DNA of 64,000 nt from Mobula hypostoma. Its lineage: Eukaryota. The stretch spans positions 245,088,001 through 245,152,000 of the forward strand of contig NC_086097.1 of NCBI RefSeq assembly GCF_963921235.1. Reading direction: 5' to 3'. The notes under the pieces were generated by a model. The model was not told where the DNA came from and did no database searches. It worked only from the letters and a program-made list of their open reading frames with translations. Shown here one piece after another: positions 1-14,000 of this stretch. Position 1 is the stretch's first letter. Every line of letters begins with the position of its first letter. Made by a program: the position numbers and the translations under genes.

Positions 1-911
1 CTGACTCCACCAGGAGTTCATGCTAGACAAAGAAACAATTTGAACAAAAGTTTAATGCAACTCAGTCTTGTACTTAAATCTCATAAAGCATACAAGAATT
101 CAATTAACCTTGATAACTTTCTATGACCTTGAGTGTATCTTGCTACTCAGCATGTTAAATCATAAAATGTCTTACTTGGACTCTGATACTGATGCAGGAT
201 GAACTAGCCTGGTTTATTTTGATGGGCTGCAGTCATGAGTTTTGAAGTGGAGCCCCAGGGCTGCGCTCAAACGTAATTGTTCACCAGTTGCTGATGTACT
301 CTGTTTGCTTTTTTTGTTTTTACACCAATCTTTCACAGTGCTACAGTTCCATATGCCAACTGTGCCTGTCAGCACAGAAAAGCGGGACGTTATTTGTGAT
401 TAAATTGTTTTCTTGAGTGAGTATCATGACTAGTCTAACCATCGGTTTAAACAAGACAATGTAAGTGGTTCAGCATGGACTAAATGGGCTGAAGAGCCTG
501 TTTTTGTGCTGTAGTTTTCTATGACTATTCTGCTGTTTTAACCTTGACCCCTGTTATATCTTATTACTGACATGGCAACAAATTGTTCCGACCGCTGTTG
601 AGACCTGGATACCATGGGAAATTTTTAGTTTCTTATCTCATACAACCAAATGGTCCCTATCTTGCTGGTTCCAAGACTGTTAGCCTTTTCACACTTTGAG
701 CACAGCACTGAGAATAATGAAGCCTCGCAACTGTTTCCTTTCTTCATGAGGTTTAGTTTCAATTTAATTGCTGATGGGTGGCCTCTCAAGACTTTCCATC
801 TCTCAATTCTGTGTGCAGTCATGGGTTAAAGGGCCCTTGCCTGTGTTCTACTGTTCTATCTATCAATAAGTACAGAAAACATCCTTCTAGTTAAGCAATC
901 AATTCTCTATG

Positions 912-3755
912 ATTTATAGAACACAACATAGAACAGTACAACAGATTATAGGCCCTTCAGCCCAAACTTCGTGCTGATCTTTTAACCTACTCCAAGGTCA
1001 ATGTAACACTTGTCTTCACATGGCTCTCCATTTTTCTATCATTTGTGTGGCTATCTAAGAGTCTCTTAAAAGTCTTAATGTATCTGCCCATACCACCATC
1101 CCTGTCTGAATGTTCAGTGCACCCACTTTGTGTTTGCTATATGTATCTATATACTAAAATTCTCATGCTCTGTTTGTCTGTTTGTGACTTCCAATTAGCC
1201 CAAACGGTGCATTACAGCGGCACTTTTTTTTTTGACTAAATCGACTTAAAATGTGCTAACTTACAGAATGCATGCAAAGTTCAGGGTTATATATTCGTAT
1301 AAAATTGCTCACTCGTCAATCAACAGGCCCTGCTTTCCACAACCCAAGCTGATTCCACCTTCCCTGGAAACCGCGATGCAACACCACGACGCATGCACAC
1401 GGCCAGCCTCAGCAGCCCCTCATGATGCTCACAGCAGCAAAAGGGCAGGGCTGTCACGTCCATTTAGGAGAGCGCCAACCACATCATCAAGAAAAATCAG
1501 CATCCCGGAGGCTTTGGTGTTACTGCTTCGTATCTTCTATCAAGCATCAGGGTAAAAAAAAAAGTATGGACAACCTAATTATGCTGCGTGGAAAGGGAAA
1601 GAGAAGGGGGTCATTATGGTCAAGAGATGATGCCAAACGTCGTCGGGAAGCGGCAAGGAGAGGGAGAGAACAACAATCGGATGAGGCCAGGGTCGCACGA
1701 CTCCAGGATCAGAGAGAAAGAACAAATGGTAGAAGAGATGAAGAGGCGAAGGATCAAAGGGCTGCACACCTCCAGAATGACAAAAACAGGCAGAGAAGGA
1801 GGAGAGAGGAAGAGACAGAGGAGAAAAGGAAAGATCAACTGGAGAATATGCGGTGAAGAGTACCCTATTGAATAATGAACAAAGAGAAGTATATGAATAT
1901 ATGTGCAACTGCTTGGAAAGGAATCTCTCTTTAATAATTTTCATTGATGCGCCAGGAGGAACGGGCAAGACATTTATCATCAACTTGATCCTCACTAAAG
2001 TTAGGAGAGATGGAGGTGTTGCTATTGCTGTAGCATCATCAGGTATTTCAGCAACATTGATGCCTGGTGGTAGGACAGCGCATTCAAGATTCAAAATACC
2101 CCTCAAAGTCAATGAAGGTGCCCTTTGTAACATCGATTTAAAAACACCAATACTGCAAATTTACTCCAAAATGTGAGGCTTATTGTCTTGGGATGAGTAC
2201 CCCATGATTAGGAGGGAGAGCTTCGAAACCGTGGACATCTCTTCATGATGTATGCGGCAAGAATGAGGCCTTCGGGTGTATTTTAACCATTTGCTGTGGC
2301 GATTTCCATCAGCTTCCAGCAGTTGTGAAATGCGGAAATGATGCTGATGTGGAGAATCATACATAAAAAAATCCTACTTATGGAGAAGCTTCATCAAGTT
2401 TCAACTGAAGAGAAACATGATTGAGTGAGGGAGAAGGATGATATTCTGAGTTCTTATTGGATGTTGGAGAAGACAAGATGTGGAAAAATGAAAACGATGA
2501 AATCGAATTACCTGAAGATATGATTCTGCCAGCAAAAACTATGGAAGAATGCATTGATTTCATCTACCCGACATTCGACAATCCTGCAGAACTGTTCTCG
2601 AGGAATTCTATCTTGGTTCCTCTCAATGAAATGGTGCGAAAAATAAACTTCACATGCATTAGACGCTTCCCCGGAATCATGAAAGAATACTGTTCCTTCC
2701 ATACCGTAAGTGAAGGAGCCAACGCCACTCATTTTCCAACAGAATTCCTTGATTCGGTCGAACTCTCTGGATTGCCACCACTTAAACTGGAATTGAAGAG
2801 GGGATCGATCTCCCATCATTTCAATGAGGAACTTGGATCCACCAAGGCTTTGCAATGAAATGCGAATGATGCATGACAATCTCATCGTAGCAAAGATAAA
2901 CATTGGTGCATTTGAAAATGACATTGTCATGATCCCAAGAATTACTCTCAATTTATCAGAAGGGGAAGATGTCCCTCTTCATCGGAGCCAGTTCCCGATA
3001 CAGTCATGCTTTGCTATGACTATACATAAGGCGCAAGGCCAAACCATGGAGAATGTGTTGATTTATCTGGAGAAACCGGTGTTCCAGCATGGTCAGCTGT
3101 ATGTGGCTTTAAGTGGGGGAAAAATAAATGAAAACGTTAGAATATTCTTGAAGGGTGGCAGATCAGCCAGAAATGTTGTCATCAGACGTGTCCTTCGTTA
3201 AACGAGGAGCTATATTTGTCTTGCTATGTGTTTTTCTTCTTTAATAAACTGAGTTTTTCTTCTTTAATTTCCAAAGCACATCACATCAGACTGCACTACC
3301 TTTCTCTCAAAGGGTGCCCCAAAGGGTCACCCGGTTGTCTAGTGTGTACATACACAGACACAGACACCTCTGACTTCCCCCTATACTTCAATCACTTTGA
3401 AATTTTCCCCTCTCTATTAGCCATTTCAGCCCTGGGAAAAAGCCACTGCCTGTCCACTTGATCTATTGCTTTTTAACCTACTCAGATCAATCTGACCTTT
3501 CCCTCCAAATAAAATAGTTATACCCCCTTGTGCTAACAATTTCCACATTGGGGGATAAGTCTTTGGCTAACCACTTGATCTATGCCTCTTAACATCTTGT
3601 ACATCTCTATCAAGTGACATCTCATCCTTCACTCCAAAGAGAAAACCCTTAGCACATTCAACCTATCTTTGTAGGACTTCCTTTCCAATCCTGACAGCAT
3701 CCAGGGAAAGATTCTCTATACCCTGTCTAAAGTTTCCACATCAATTCTATAATGA
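912..3755 (-). mobile_element. Old CR1 LINE 3' fragments (host of the Helitron insertion)
   Basis: CR1 tail 'agaacacaacatagaacagtac...ggcccttcagccc' at about 918-965. The CR1 3' sequence resumes after 3365 (cctctgacttcccccta...). Confidence 0.7.
1146..3342 (+). mobile_element. Helitron, internally deleted non-autonomous copy with degenerate PIF1-like helicase
   Basis: 5' end TCTATATACTAAAA after A1145. 3' GC-rich hairpin GGGTGCCCC-AAA-GGGTCACCC (3312-3332), then CTAG (3339-3342) and T3343. Helicase motifs in frameshifted ORFs: DAPGGTGKTF, GGRTAHSRFKIP, FAMTIHKAQGQT, HGQLYVALS. Confidence 0.92.
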
Positions 3756-3884
3756 GAGAAATGACGAGTTTTCTTGAAGAACTTCACAGACCATTAACTA
3801 TTCTTGTGTGTGACTTCTCAAACTGGAAATACTGTCTGGAATTCTGAGATGGAAGTTTTATGGAACTTAGAAAAATAAAAGGTG

Positions 3885-3921
<37 letters not shown>

Positions 3922-6444
3922 GACTCGGGCCTAGGGGGCCGGCGTCGGGCACGATGACGGACTCTCCACTTCTCTCTCTCCCTCATCAGTGTGTTCAGTT
4001 CATCTACATTAGCCGTGCCGCTGTCTTCTAGGAGTGTGACCATGGTCTTGGGAGGGCACCCAGGGTTCATCCTCCCATGCTTGGGCTCCCATATGACGAC
4101 TAGGCTGGCAGGTAGCTCGGGGTGGCGTAGACAGTGCCCCGCTAGTTGCAGTCTTCTCGCCTCGATTTTAGTGGTGAGCATCAGTAGGTCGTTATAGAGC
4201 TCGACGTTTGTCATGTGCTGTTGCCAACTCACATCAAGAGCCATCTGGAGCATTTGTGTATAGCAACCATCTAGAGACTTTCACATAGTCTTGGTGAGTG
4301 TCCACGTCTTGCATCCCTACATGAGAATGGACTCTATGACTGCTATGAAGATCCTCTTTTTAAGCCCTCTGGTCAGGTTCGACTTCCAGATTTCCTTCAT
4401 GTCGTTCATAGCCCTCCATGCCAGCGCCTTCCGTATCTTTATGTCCTTCTCCGAACTCATCATTCTTGACCCGAGATACTTGTAGTCAACGACTTTCTTA
4501 ATGGTATCATTCTTTACGGTCTTGAGAGTACCTTCATTGCAGTTAAACACCATGTCTGTTGTCTTTTTAGCGTTTAGGTGAAGTCCAACTTTATTGCACT
4601 CAATTTCCACTTTTGTCAGTAGCTGCTGTGCTTCCTCCATCTGGTCAGAGAGCGGGACTATGTTATCTGCAAAATCAAGATCTGTGAGCATAACTGGTCT
4701 GACCCTTTTGGTTCGTCCTGGTTTTATGGTAAAACCAAGCTTGTCATGATCTTTGGTAGCTTGATGCAGAGCGTAATCAAGGACGATTATAAAGATGTAG
4801 GGTGCCAGAGTGTCTCCTTGCAGCTCACCAGCTAGGAGCTTGAACACTGCTGTTTCTACATCTGGTGATACAACTTTCGCCATGGTTTTGGTATAGCTGG
4901 ACTCTATTGCTCTCAGTAGATGGTCTGGCACTCCGTAAGCTTTCAGGATCTTCAACATTTTACCTCGGTGAATGGAGTCAAAAGCTTTGCGAAAATCTAT
5001 GTAAACAAGCACGGCTGGTAGGTTGTTCTTGACTTCCTCGATGATTCTACGGAGAGCAAGTATTTGCAGTACTGTTGTGCACTCTGCTGAAAACCGTTCT
5101 GATTGAATCTTAGCTTAGGGTCAATGGCGATGCGAATCCTGTTCAAGATCATCCTATTGTATAACTTTGCTAAGATGCAGGTCAAGCTGATACCGCGGTA
5201 GTTATCTGTCTTTGTGAGGGATCCAGACTTGGGGACTGGGATAATGTTTGAGAGTGACCACTGTTCTGGTTTGTCGCCTTTCATCAGTGCTGTATTACAT
5301 ATGTCCAGCAAGATGTCGTCCAGGTCACAGTTCTTCAGGACATCTGGTGTTATTCCATCTGGTCCAGTACTCCTGCCCTGTTTGAGTGCATATTTGGCCG
5401 CCTTCATTTCCTCAATGGTGAACGTGCCGTCATCGATGTCGACTTGCGTTAGTATCGTGGGTATGTCCTCCTCCTCTTCTATGTTGGAGGGCTTCCCAGC
5501 AGGTTCTTAAGTGGTAAACCATGTCTGGACATGGTCCTCTGGTGTTTTACCCCTTATTTGACCTGATGGGGACTTCTTCCGTCTACTGATCTCATTGACT
5601 AGGCACCATGCTTCTCCATATCTTCATTAGCAGCGTCTACCTCGCTAGTCCTCTCAGCTAGTTCCTCTTACTTCAATCGGTCGAAGGTGGCAAAGAGATT
5701 CTTCTTTGCTGTCTTGAACTTGTCTCTTAGCTCTTCTGTTTCGCTCCTAAGTTCAGCATGACGAGCATTGACCACGCTTCTTGCTGCGATGACATCAGCA
5801 TGTTTTGAGATCCAGCTCTTCTTGATTCACTTCACAGTAGGCAAACTCTTTGTTGCATCTGTATTGTGCGTCTATGAGCCATTGATAGCAGTCGGTGGCA
5901 GTCTCTTCCTTCCCCCTTTCCAGTAGGCCGAAGCAATTTCTCAGCTCCACTGTACTGGGCTGGAAGAATAGGTTGTGAGGAGAATGCCTTCCAGTCTACC
6001 TTCTCCTTGGGACCTGTGGCTTTGAATTGCTGCAGGCTCAGTCTCACTTGCATTGACAGTACTGTGGTCAGAACTGATCGAGTTGAAGGTGCTGTAGGCT
6101 TCTGTGTTGATCTCACAATTACGCCATTTGGTTCTTACGAGGATGTAATCGAGGTGTTTCCTGTAGATGGAGGCTCTGTTTTTGTATGTCCACAGTTTAT
6201 CAGCTCGCTTCTTGAATTGTGTGTTGGCGACAGTGAGACTGTGTTCCTGAATGAAATCATCTAGATATTGTCCATTTCTGTTGGTAAAGTCTTGGTATGA
6301 GTATGGACCATCTTCCAGTCCAACCTGGGCATTAAAATCGCCAAGCACAGCCAGGAAGTTATGTGCCGGTATTGAAGTGACAGCTTCGTGAAGTTTACTG
6401 CAGAAGGCCTCCACCTCCTTCTCCTCGCTGCAAGGGCTATGCAA
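3885..6444 (-). mobile_element. RTE-clade (RTE-X-like) LINE, 5'-truncated, with APE endonuclease and RT pseudogene and a (TAG)n tail
   Basis: Endonuclease motifs LGDFNA and LDYIL, NYRGISL, RT motifs DFRKAFDS, QGDTLAP and DFADNI, and C-terminal WQQHMTNVELY. (CTA)11 on the + strand at 3885-3917. Confidence 0.85.
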
Positions 6445-6829
6445 TAGGGTAATTTTAGGCAGTTTTCTCCCCCTTTTATTTCTAGAATAGGTTACATGGT
6501 TGGCACAATGTTGTGGGCTGAAGGGCCTGTAATGTGCTGTAGATTTCTATGTTCTATATGTTCTAAACCATTTTTTTTCTCAGAATGCCTGTTGCTTTTG
6601 TAAAGTTGGCTTTGTCTCCCGTTATACTATTGGGTTTAATTGTTAGCGATGCGGCTACACTCAGCAGGTAAAGTGGCATCTGTGGCGAGTGGATAAACTA
6701 AATAAAGGTGGAATATCTTGTGTCAGGATTGAAACAAACTGGAGAAACTAGTTATCTGAAATAGTTGCATTCCAAATTGAATCCCAGGGCTACAAAATTC
6801 CAGATGCAAGCTGAAGTGATTTTCCTGGA

Positions 6830-7345
6830 GCTTACAAACAAGAGAAAATCTGCAGCTGCTGGAAATCCAACCAACGCACACAAAAAAGAGAAAATCTGCA
6901 GATCACACAAAATGCTGGAGGAACTCAGCAGGCCAGGCAACATCTATGGAAAAGAGTATTTTCGATGCTTCAGGCCAAAACAAGGGTCCGCCAGAAAAAG
7001 TGGGATCTCCCAGTGGCCACCCATTTTCATTCCACTTCCCATTCCCATTCCAATATGTCCATCCATGGCCTCCTTCACTGTCGTGATGAGGCCACACTTG
7101 GGTTGGAGGAACAACACCTTATATTCTGTTTGGGTAGCTTCCAAAGTTGTGGCATGAATGCCCCCGCCCTCCCCCATCCCTCTTTTCCTCTCTCACCTTA
7201 TCTCCTTGCCTGCCCATTGCCTTCCTGCCTTTCTTTCATGGCCTTCTGTCTCTTTCACCAATCAACTTCCCAGCTCTTTACTTCATCCTTCCCTTTCCAG
7301 GTTTCACCTATCATCTTGAGTTACTCCAGCATTTTGTGTGTGTTT
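6830..7345 (+). mobile_element. Penelope-like element fragment (GIY-YIG C-terminus) with inverted terminal pieces
   Basis: ORF 6965..7444 contains PVATHFHSTSHSHSNMSIHGLLHC...LEEQHLIFCLGSFQ, typical of the end of vertebrate Penelope/Neptune ORFs. It is preceded by inverted copies of the same terminal repeat seen elsewhere in the window. Confidence 0.75.
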
Positions 7346-10300
7346 CCTGGAGCTCACAGTGGGTTTTGTGGGGAGAGAATATGCTGCCTGAGAAAGAGGC
7401 CAGAGTGGCCGGGGAGGAGTCATTTGAATGGAAGCTTGGAATGACCCTTGCAAAGCATTCATCCAATATGCATTTTGTATCTCTGTGGAGCAGATTATGT
7501 TGTGAGCACCAAGTGCAGTACACCAGATAAAGTGAGTTGCTATGGATGTGGAAGGAGCCTTTTTGCCTTTGAATGTCTAAAAATTAGCTTTATTTGTCAC
7601 ACGTACATTGAAACATTGAAGCTTACAAAGTTTAAAATACGTTTATTATCAAAGTATGTATACTATATGCAACCTTGAGATGTGTCTCTTTGCAGGCAGC
7701 CATAAAATATAGAAACCCAATTAAAACCATTGAATAAGACTGCACCTTCAAGATTTCAGTTCACAGTGCAAAAATGCCAGGCTGTACAGCTCACCTTTGA
7801 GAGGGAAGTTGCAGGCTATTGCTTGCAATGGTCATTTTTGAGAAAAACTGATTAATAAAGTATTTAGTAGTTTTCTTTGCTGTCAGGAAGTGTTGCTGTG
7901 TTTCAGTAGCGCAATCTTAAACTGGAAAGGCATATACAGATTAGCGCATAGCTTGTGTTAACTCAAATTGACAAGGATTGTGTGTGTGTGGTTAACCCAC
8001 AAATGCCATCACACTTCCGGTGCCAACATAGCATGCTCACAATTTACTAACCCTAATCTGTACCTGTTTGGAATATATGTGGAATTCAGAGCACTTGGAT
8101 GAAACAGGTAGTCACGGGGCGAACAGACAAATTCCTTATAGAACTCCAATCAGTGATTGCTTCTGCTGTAAAGTGATTGAACTAACTATTATGCTACCAT
8201 GCCACTGACCTTCTAAACCTACTCCAGTATTGATCTAACCCTTGCATCTCACGTAGCCCTCCAGTTTTCTTTCATCCATGTGCCTTTCTAAGAGGCTCTT
8301 AAATGTCCTGAATATATCTGCTTCTTGCACCACCCTGGCAGGACATTCCACACACCACCACTCTGTAAAGACAAAGTTTTCCATTCTGAGGAACAGGCCC
8401 ATGATTGATCACAGAATTGTGAATTGGAGCTCTAGATAAGCCATCTATTGGTAATTAAATTGAAACTAAGAGAGAAGATGAAAGGGATTCAGTTGTGAAC
8501 AGATGGAAGAGTTCTGCAAGAAAGAGAATGGGTGCTGGGCATGGAAGAGCGAGCTAGGGTGTTTGAAGAGAACACTTTTTCTTCTGGATACTGAGGTGAG
8601 GAAGGAGGTGGAAGTTGAAAGTGAAGGTGCCTGGGGCAGAACATGAGGACAAGTAGAACCCTTTCCTTGCTCTGTTGTGGAGCAGAGCTGAGTGAAGATG
8701 TATTTGAGTGCCTTGTCAGTAATGGTCCTGAAGAAGCTGTGGTTAGGAAATGGGAAGGTTACTTAAATATACTGATTCAATTTCAGATTCATTTATCACG
8801 TACATCGAATCATAAAGTGAAATGTGTTGTTTGTGTTAACAACGAACACAACCTGAGGATGTGCTAGGAGCAGCCTGTAACTGTTGCCACACGTTTCGGT
8901 GCCAACATAGCGTGCCTACAATGTTCAGCAGAACAACATAAAACACACCAAAACAAAGCAGAACACCCAGCAGCAAAACAAGCCCCTCATCTCCCTCCCC
9001 ACCCATCCACACCCACAGACACGGTCATAGAGAGCGACCAATCACTGAACTAACTGATGACAGGATCTCAAACTCCAGGCCTTGAACTCTTCGGTTCACC
9101 ATCTCACTTGCCCTCATGCCTCCTGCTTAGACATCCAATCCTGGGGATCCAGCACTGAAGTCAGCTTTAAAACATTGCTAAATCAAAGGGACTTATTGGA
9201 ATAGCTACTAGTGCAGCTGAGAGTACAAACCAACCACAGAAGAATGGCAGTCATGGAGGCTCCTGGTGTGACTGAAACAGTGGAGATTTCGGCCCCTACC
9301 ACCCAGCACACTTCTAGCTAATGTTCAATCACCAAAAAACCAGCAAGCCTGACACTTCAAAGTGAGCTTGGGAACTGCTGTGCCTTTTGTATCATTGACA
9401 CGTGGCTCATCCAGTTGATCCATTGATACGGCCCTGAGGGTTTCTCCATCTTTTATCATGCCTTTACAATATCTTCAGGCACTGGGAAATTGGGAAATGC
9501 AGCAATGTCTGTGTTATGATCAGGGCTTCATGGTACGTTGACATGTCTCTTAGGTCAGTTTTTTTTAAAGTTAGAGATACAGCACAGTAACAGTCTCTTC
9601 TGGCCCATGGAGCCTGTGCTACCCAATTACACCCAGGTGACATATTAACCTGCTGACCCATACATCTTTGGAATGTGGTAGGAAACCAGAGGAAACCTAC
9701 AGTCACAGGGAAACATACAAACTCCATACAGACGGTGATGGGAATTGAACTTTGGTCGTGGTACTGTAAAGAATTACCCTAACTGTTAGGTTATCATGCC
9801 TCTGATCTGGAATTCCTATTAAAGTTTAGCCCTTTTTATTTACCAGTGGAGTTCACCTCTAGAATCTTATTGGCACTCTACATACCTTCTCAAGGTGGCA
9901 TTGAATTGTACTTGTGATAGCCCTGTTCATTACACAGAATGCTGGAGGAACTCAGCAGGCCAGTCAGTATCTATGGGAAAGAGTAAACAGTCAACCTTAC
10001 GTGAGCAAGAAATGTCATTGCCCCTGATGTTTATGACAATAAAGTAGCCTGAATTTGGACCTTGCACTATTTTTCTGTTTTAAATGTGAGTTTGTGGTTG
10101 ATGGAAAATACCCAGTTTACTGTAATAATGCACTCGGACCTTACAGTCTGAATGTTCCAAACTATTGCTAAATGAAACTGTCCTCTGATGCAAAGAAGGG
10201 AGATAGTGTTGTCTTGACCTCTTTGAATAAATATATACACACTGTGATTCATCTTTTTTCCATTGTGCCTCCAGGTGGTTGTCTAATTGTTTCTTAAGAT

Positions 10301-11067
10301 AACTGTTGAAATGTTGATTAGGAGCTCAATGTTATTTAATGATGGAAGAAAAGCTACTGTAGTTCCTAGATGACGCAATGATTTAAATGTACATGAAGGG
10401 GAAGTACCCTTGGCTTGTGGGGAATCTTTAATCTCATATTTGGACTTCAGCCAGTTCCTGCCATTTCTCTTTAATGACTTCAAATTTCAAAGTAAATTTA
10501 TGAACTAAGTATGTACGTATCACCATCTAGTAGCAGATTTGGATCATTCAATGCACTGAGTTTGTTCTGCTATTCCATCTCGACTGATTTATTATCCCCC
10601 TCATCCCCATTTTTCTTTCTCCCAGTAATCTTTGATGCTCTGATGAATCAAGAAGCTACCAATCTCAGTTTTAAATATCCCCAGCAGATTCACCATCCTC
10701 TGGCTAAAGAAATTCCTCTGTTCTAAAGCGGAATTTGTATTCTGTGGCTGTGCCCTCTGGTCATTGAATCCCTGCTGTAGGAAACATGTACTCCATGCTC
10801 TCTATCTTAGACCTTTCAATAGTTGATGGGCTTCAATGAGATCCCTGCTCACTCTTTTGAACTCCAGTGGTGACAGGCCCAGATTCATTTTCTTGCAGGT
10901 AACAAAGAAATGCAGTGTAATTAATGTAAAACTACACGCAAAGACTAACAAGCAATTCATGTGCAAAAGAAGAGGAGCTCTGCAAATAGTAAACAACTAA
11001 ATAAATAAATGCTGAGAATGTGAGTTAGACTCGATCGGTTTGAAGTGAATTAATATAATTTGTCTTA

Positions 11068-14000
11068 GTCATAGAACACTCCAGTACAGAAACGGTCCCT
11101 TCAGCCTATCTATTCCGCGCAGAACTATTAATTTGCCTAATCATGTTGACCTGCACTCAGCCCATGGCCCTGCATGCCCCTCCCATCCATGTGCTTATCA
11201 AAATTTCTCTTAAAGATTGAAATTGAACCAGCATCCACCAGTTCTGCTGGCAGCTTGTTCCACACTCTCACCACCGAGTCAAGAAGATCATCCTAATGTT
11301 CCTCTTAAACATTTCACCTTACCAACGTCCTGTTCAACTTCAACATGACATCCCAACTCCAATACTCATACTTTGATTTATGAAGGTTAACATGCCAAAA
11401 TATATCTTTACAGCCACATCTACACGTGCCTCCACTTTCAGTGCATTCCCAGATCCCTTTGTTCTACCACACTCCTCAGTGCCCTACTGCTCACCATGCA
11501 AGTCCTACCCTCGTGCCCTCCCAAATTGCAACCCATCACACTTGTCTATAATATATTCCATCAGCCATTTTTCCATCTTGTTCAGATTCCACTGCAATTT
11601 TTGATGGCCTTCCTTGCTGTCCACTACTCCGCTCAATTCAAGTTCAACGTCATTCAACCATATGCATGAATACAGCTGGACAAATATAGACAGGATGTAC
11701 AGCAGAACAACATCGTTACAATAAAACATTAAAAAATAATAATGTAGCCCAAGTCCCTGAGTGTCATGGCCTGTAGATTGATTGTGCATGGATGTTATCC
11801 TGGAGACATATTTCTGCAAGAACAGCCTGAAGCAGTTCTTCATATCATGCAGTGCAGACAAATGCAACCCAGCTTGTCTTCCACTCAGTGAACATTGGAG
11901 AGCACTGACGGGAAGAGCTAGCCCCCAATCCAGCGGTGTCTCCTTCCTTGGCAGCGGCAGCAGGTGGCTCCAAGGCCTGAATGAGGGCCTGGTCCACACC
12001 ACAACAGAGGCCATACAGCTCTCCTGCTGTCGGTCTCGCCAATGAGCCAGTGAATCAGACTTGCAGTGTTCTGTATTACCACCATCCAACAGGATCTTGC
12101 TCTCAAAAGCAAAAACACCAAAGACAATTATTTGCACTATCATTTGAAACGCACAACGAGTTCCTAGGCTGAAGCAGGCTGCGGCCCGGAGCACAGGTGC
12201 AGTTTCATCGCTATGCAGCAACTTGCTAGTGGGATCGACTTGCAGTATTTGATGTTCTTAGCAGTGTGTTGTGATCATGAAAAAGATGTAAAGGGAAAAC
12301 AATCACACTTTTAAATGGACTCAGAGAGGTCGCTGCATCTGAGCGCACCACCATCTTAATGGATATCTTGGCGTCATCAGCAAATTTGCTGATCCAGTTT
12401 ACTATTATCATCCAGATGTTGATATAAATGACAAATAACAATAGACCCCTGTGGCAGAGCACTGGTCTCAGCCATCCAGTCAGAGAAGCCACCATCTGCC
12501 GTCACTCTCTGGCTTTTTCCGCAAAGTCAATGTCTAATCTAATTTACTACCTCATCCTGAACGCCAAGCAACTGAACCTTCTTGACTGGCCTCCTATGTG
12601 GACTTTGTCAAAAGCCCTTGCTAAAGTCCATGTAGACAACATCCACTGCCTTCATCAACCTTCCTGGTAACTTCTTCAAAAACTGTAAGATTGGTTAGAC
12701 ACCACCTACCACACACAAAGCCATGTTGAGTATCCCTAATCAGTGCCTAACTATTCAAGTGTATCCGGTTCCTTAGAATATCTCTTAGTAGCGTACTTAA
12801 GACTAATGCCAGGCTTACCGGCCTATAATTTCCAGGCTTATTCTTAGAGCTGTTCTTAAACAACAGAACAGCATAAGCTATCCCCCAATCCTCTGGCACC
12901 TCATCCTTGGCTAAGGATAGTTTAAATATCTCCACTGGGACCCCTGCAGTTTCTGCACTAGGCTCCGACATGGTCCAAGGGAACATCTTGTCAGGCCCTG
13001 GGGGTTTATTTTCCTGAACAGATCAAACGCCCGCTCCTGTGTGATCTGTATGTGGTCCATGACTTCACTGCGGATTTGCTTCACTTGTATTGACTGTGTC
13101 CATTTGAGTAAATACAGATACAAATAATCCATTTAAGATCTCCCTCATCTCTTTTGGCTCCATACATAGGTGACCTCTGTAATCTTTGAGATTCAATTTT
13201 CTCCTTTGCTATCCTTTTGATTTTACTATAACCTGTAGAAGCTGTTCTTCACCTAGATTCTCCTTCACCTTTTCCACTTGAGAAACTTCATGCCTTTTAT
13301 TAGCCTTCTCGATTTCCTCCTTAAGTGTTCTCTTGCATTTGTTATACTCCTGAAGTATGTTATATGCATCTCTTCTTTTTAACCAGGTCCGCAATATCGC
13401 TCAAAAACTATGGTTCCTTAAACTCGTTATCCTTGCCTTTTATTCTGACAGGAACATACAAACTCAGTACTCTCAAAAATTCACTTTTGAAAGCCCGCTA
13501 CTTACTAAGCACAGCTTTGCCAGAAATCATCCTGTCCAAATCATCATTTGCCAGGTACTTTTAGAATTTGAAATCTCAACCAGAAGACCAGACCTGCCCT
13601 TTTTCATAATTATCTTGAAGCTGATGGCATTATGATCACTGGATGCAAAGTGTTCCTTGACCCAAATTTCTGTCACTTGCCATCTCTCATTCCCCAGTAG
13701 GAGATCTTATATTGCACATTCTAGTTGGGATTTTTATGTACTGATTAAGTAAACTTCCCTGAACACATTTGCCAAACTCTATTCCATCTAATCCTTTTAT
13801 ATTATGGGAGTCTTAGTCAAATGTGGAAAGTTAAAATCACCTGTTATCACAACTTATGTTTCTTGCAACAGTCTGTGGTTTCTCTGTAAATCCCGTAACT
13901 ATTGGGTGGTCTATAATATAATCCCATGAACATGGCCATACCTTTCTTATTCCTTGGTTCTACCCATAGAGCCTCACTAGCCAAGCTCTCCCGGCTGTCT

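Noticed and set aside
1853..3201. Host PIF1 helicase gene
   Set aside because: It is intronless, frameshifted and enclosed by Helitron termini (TC...hairpin-CTAG at an AT site), so it is transposon-derived.
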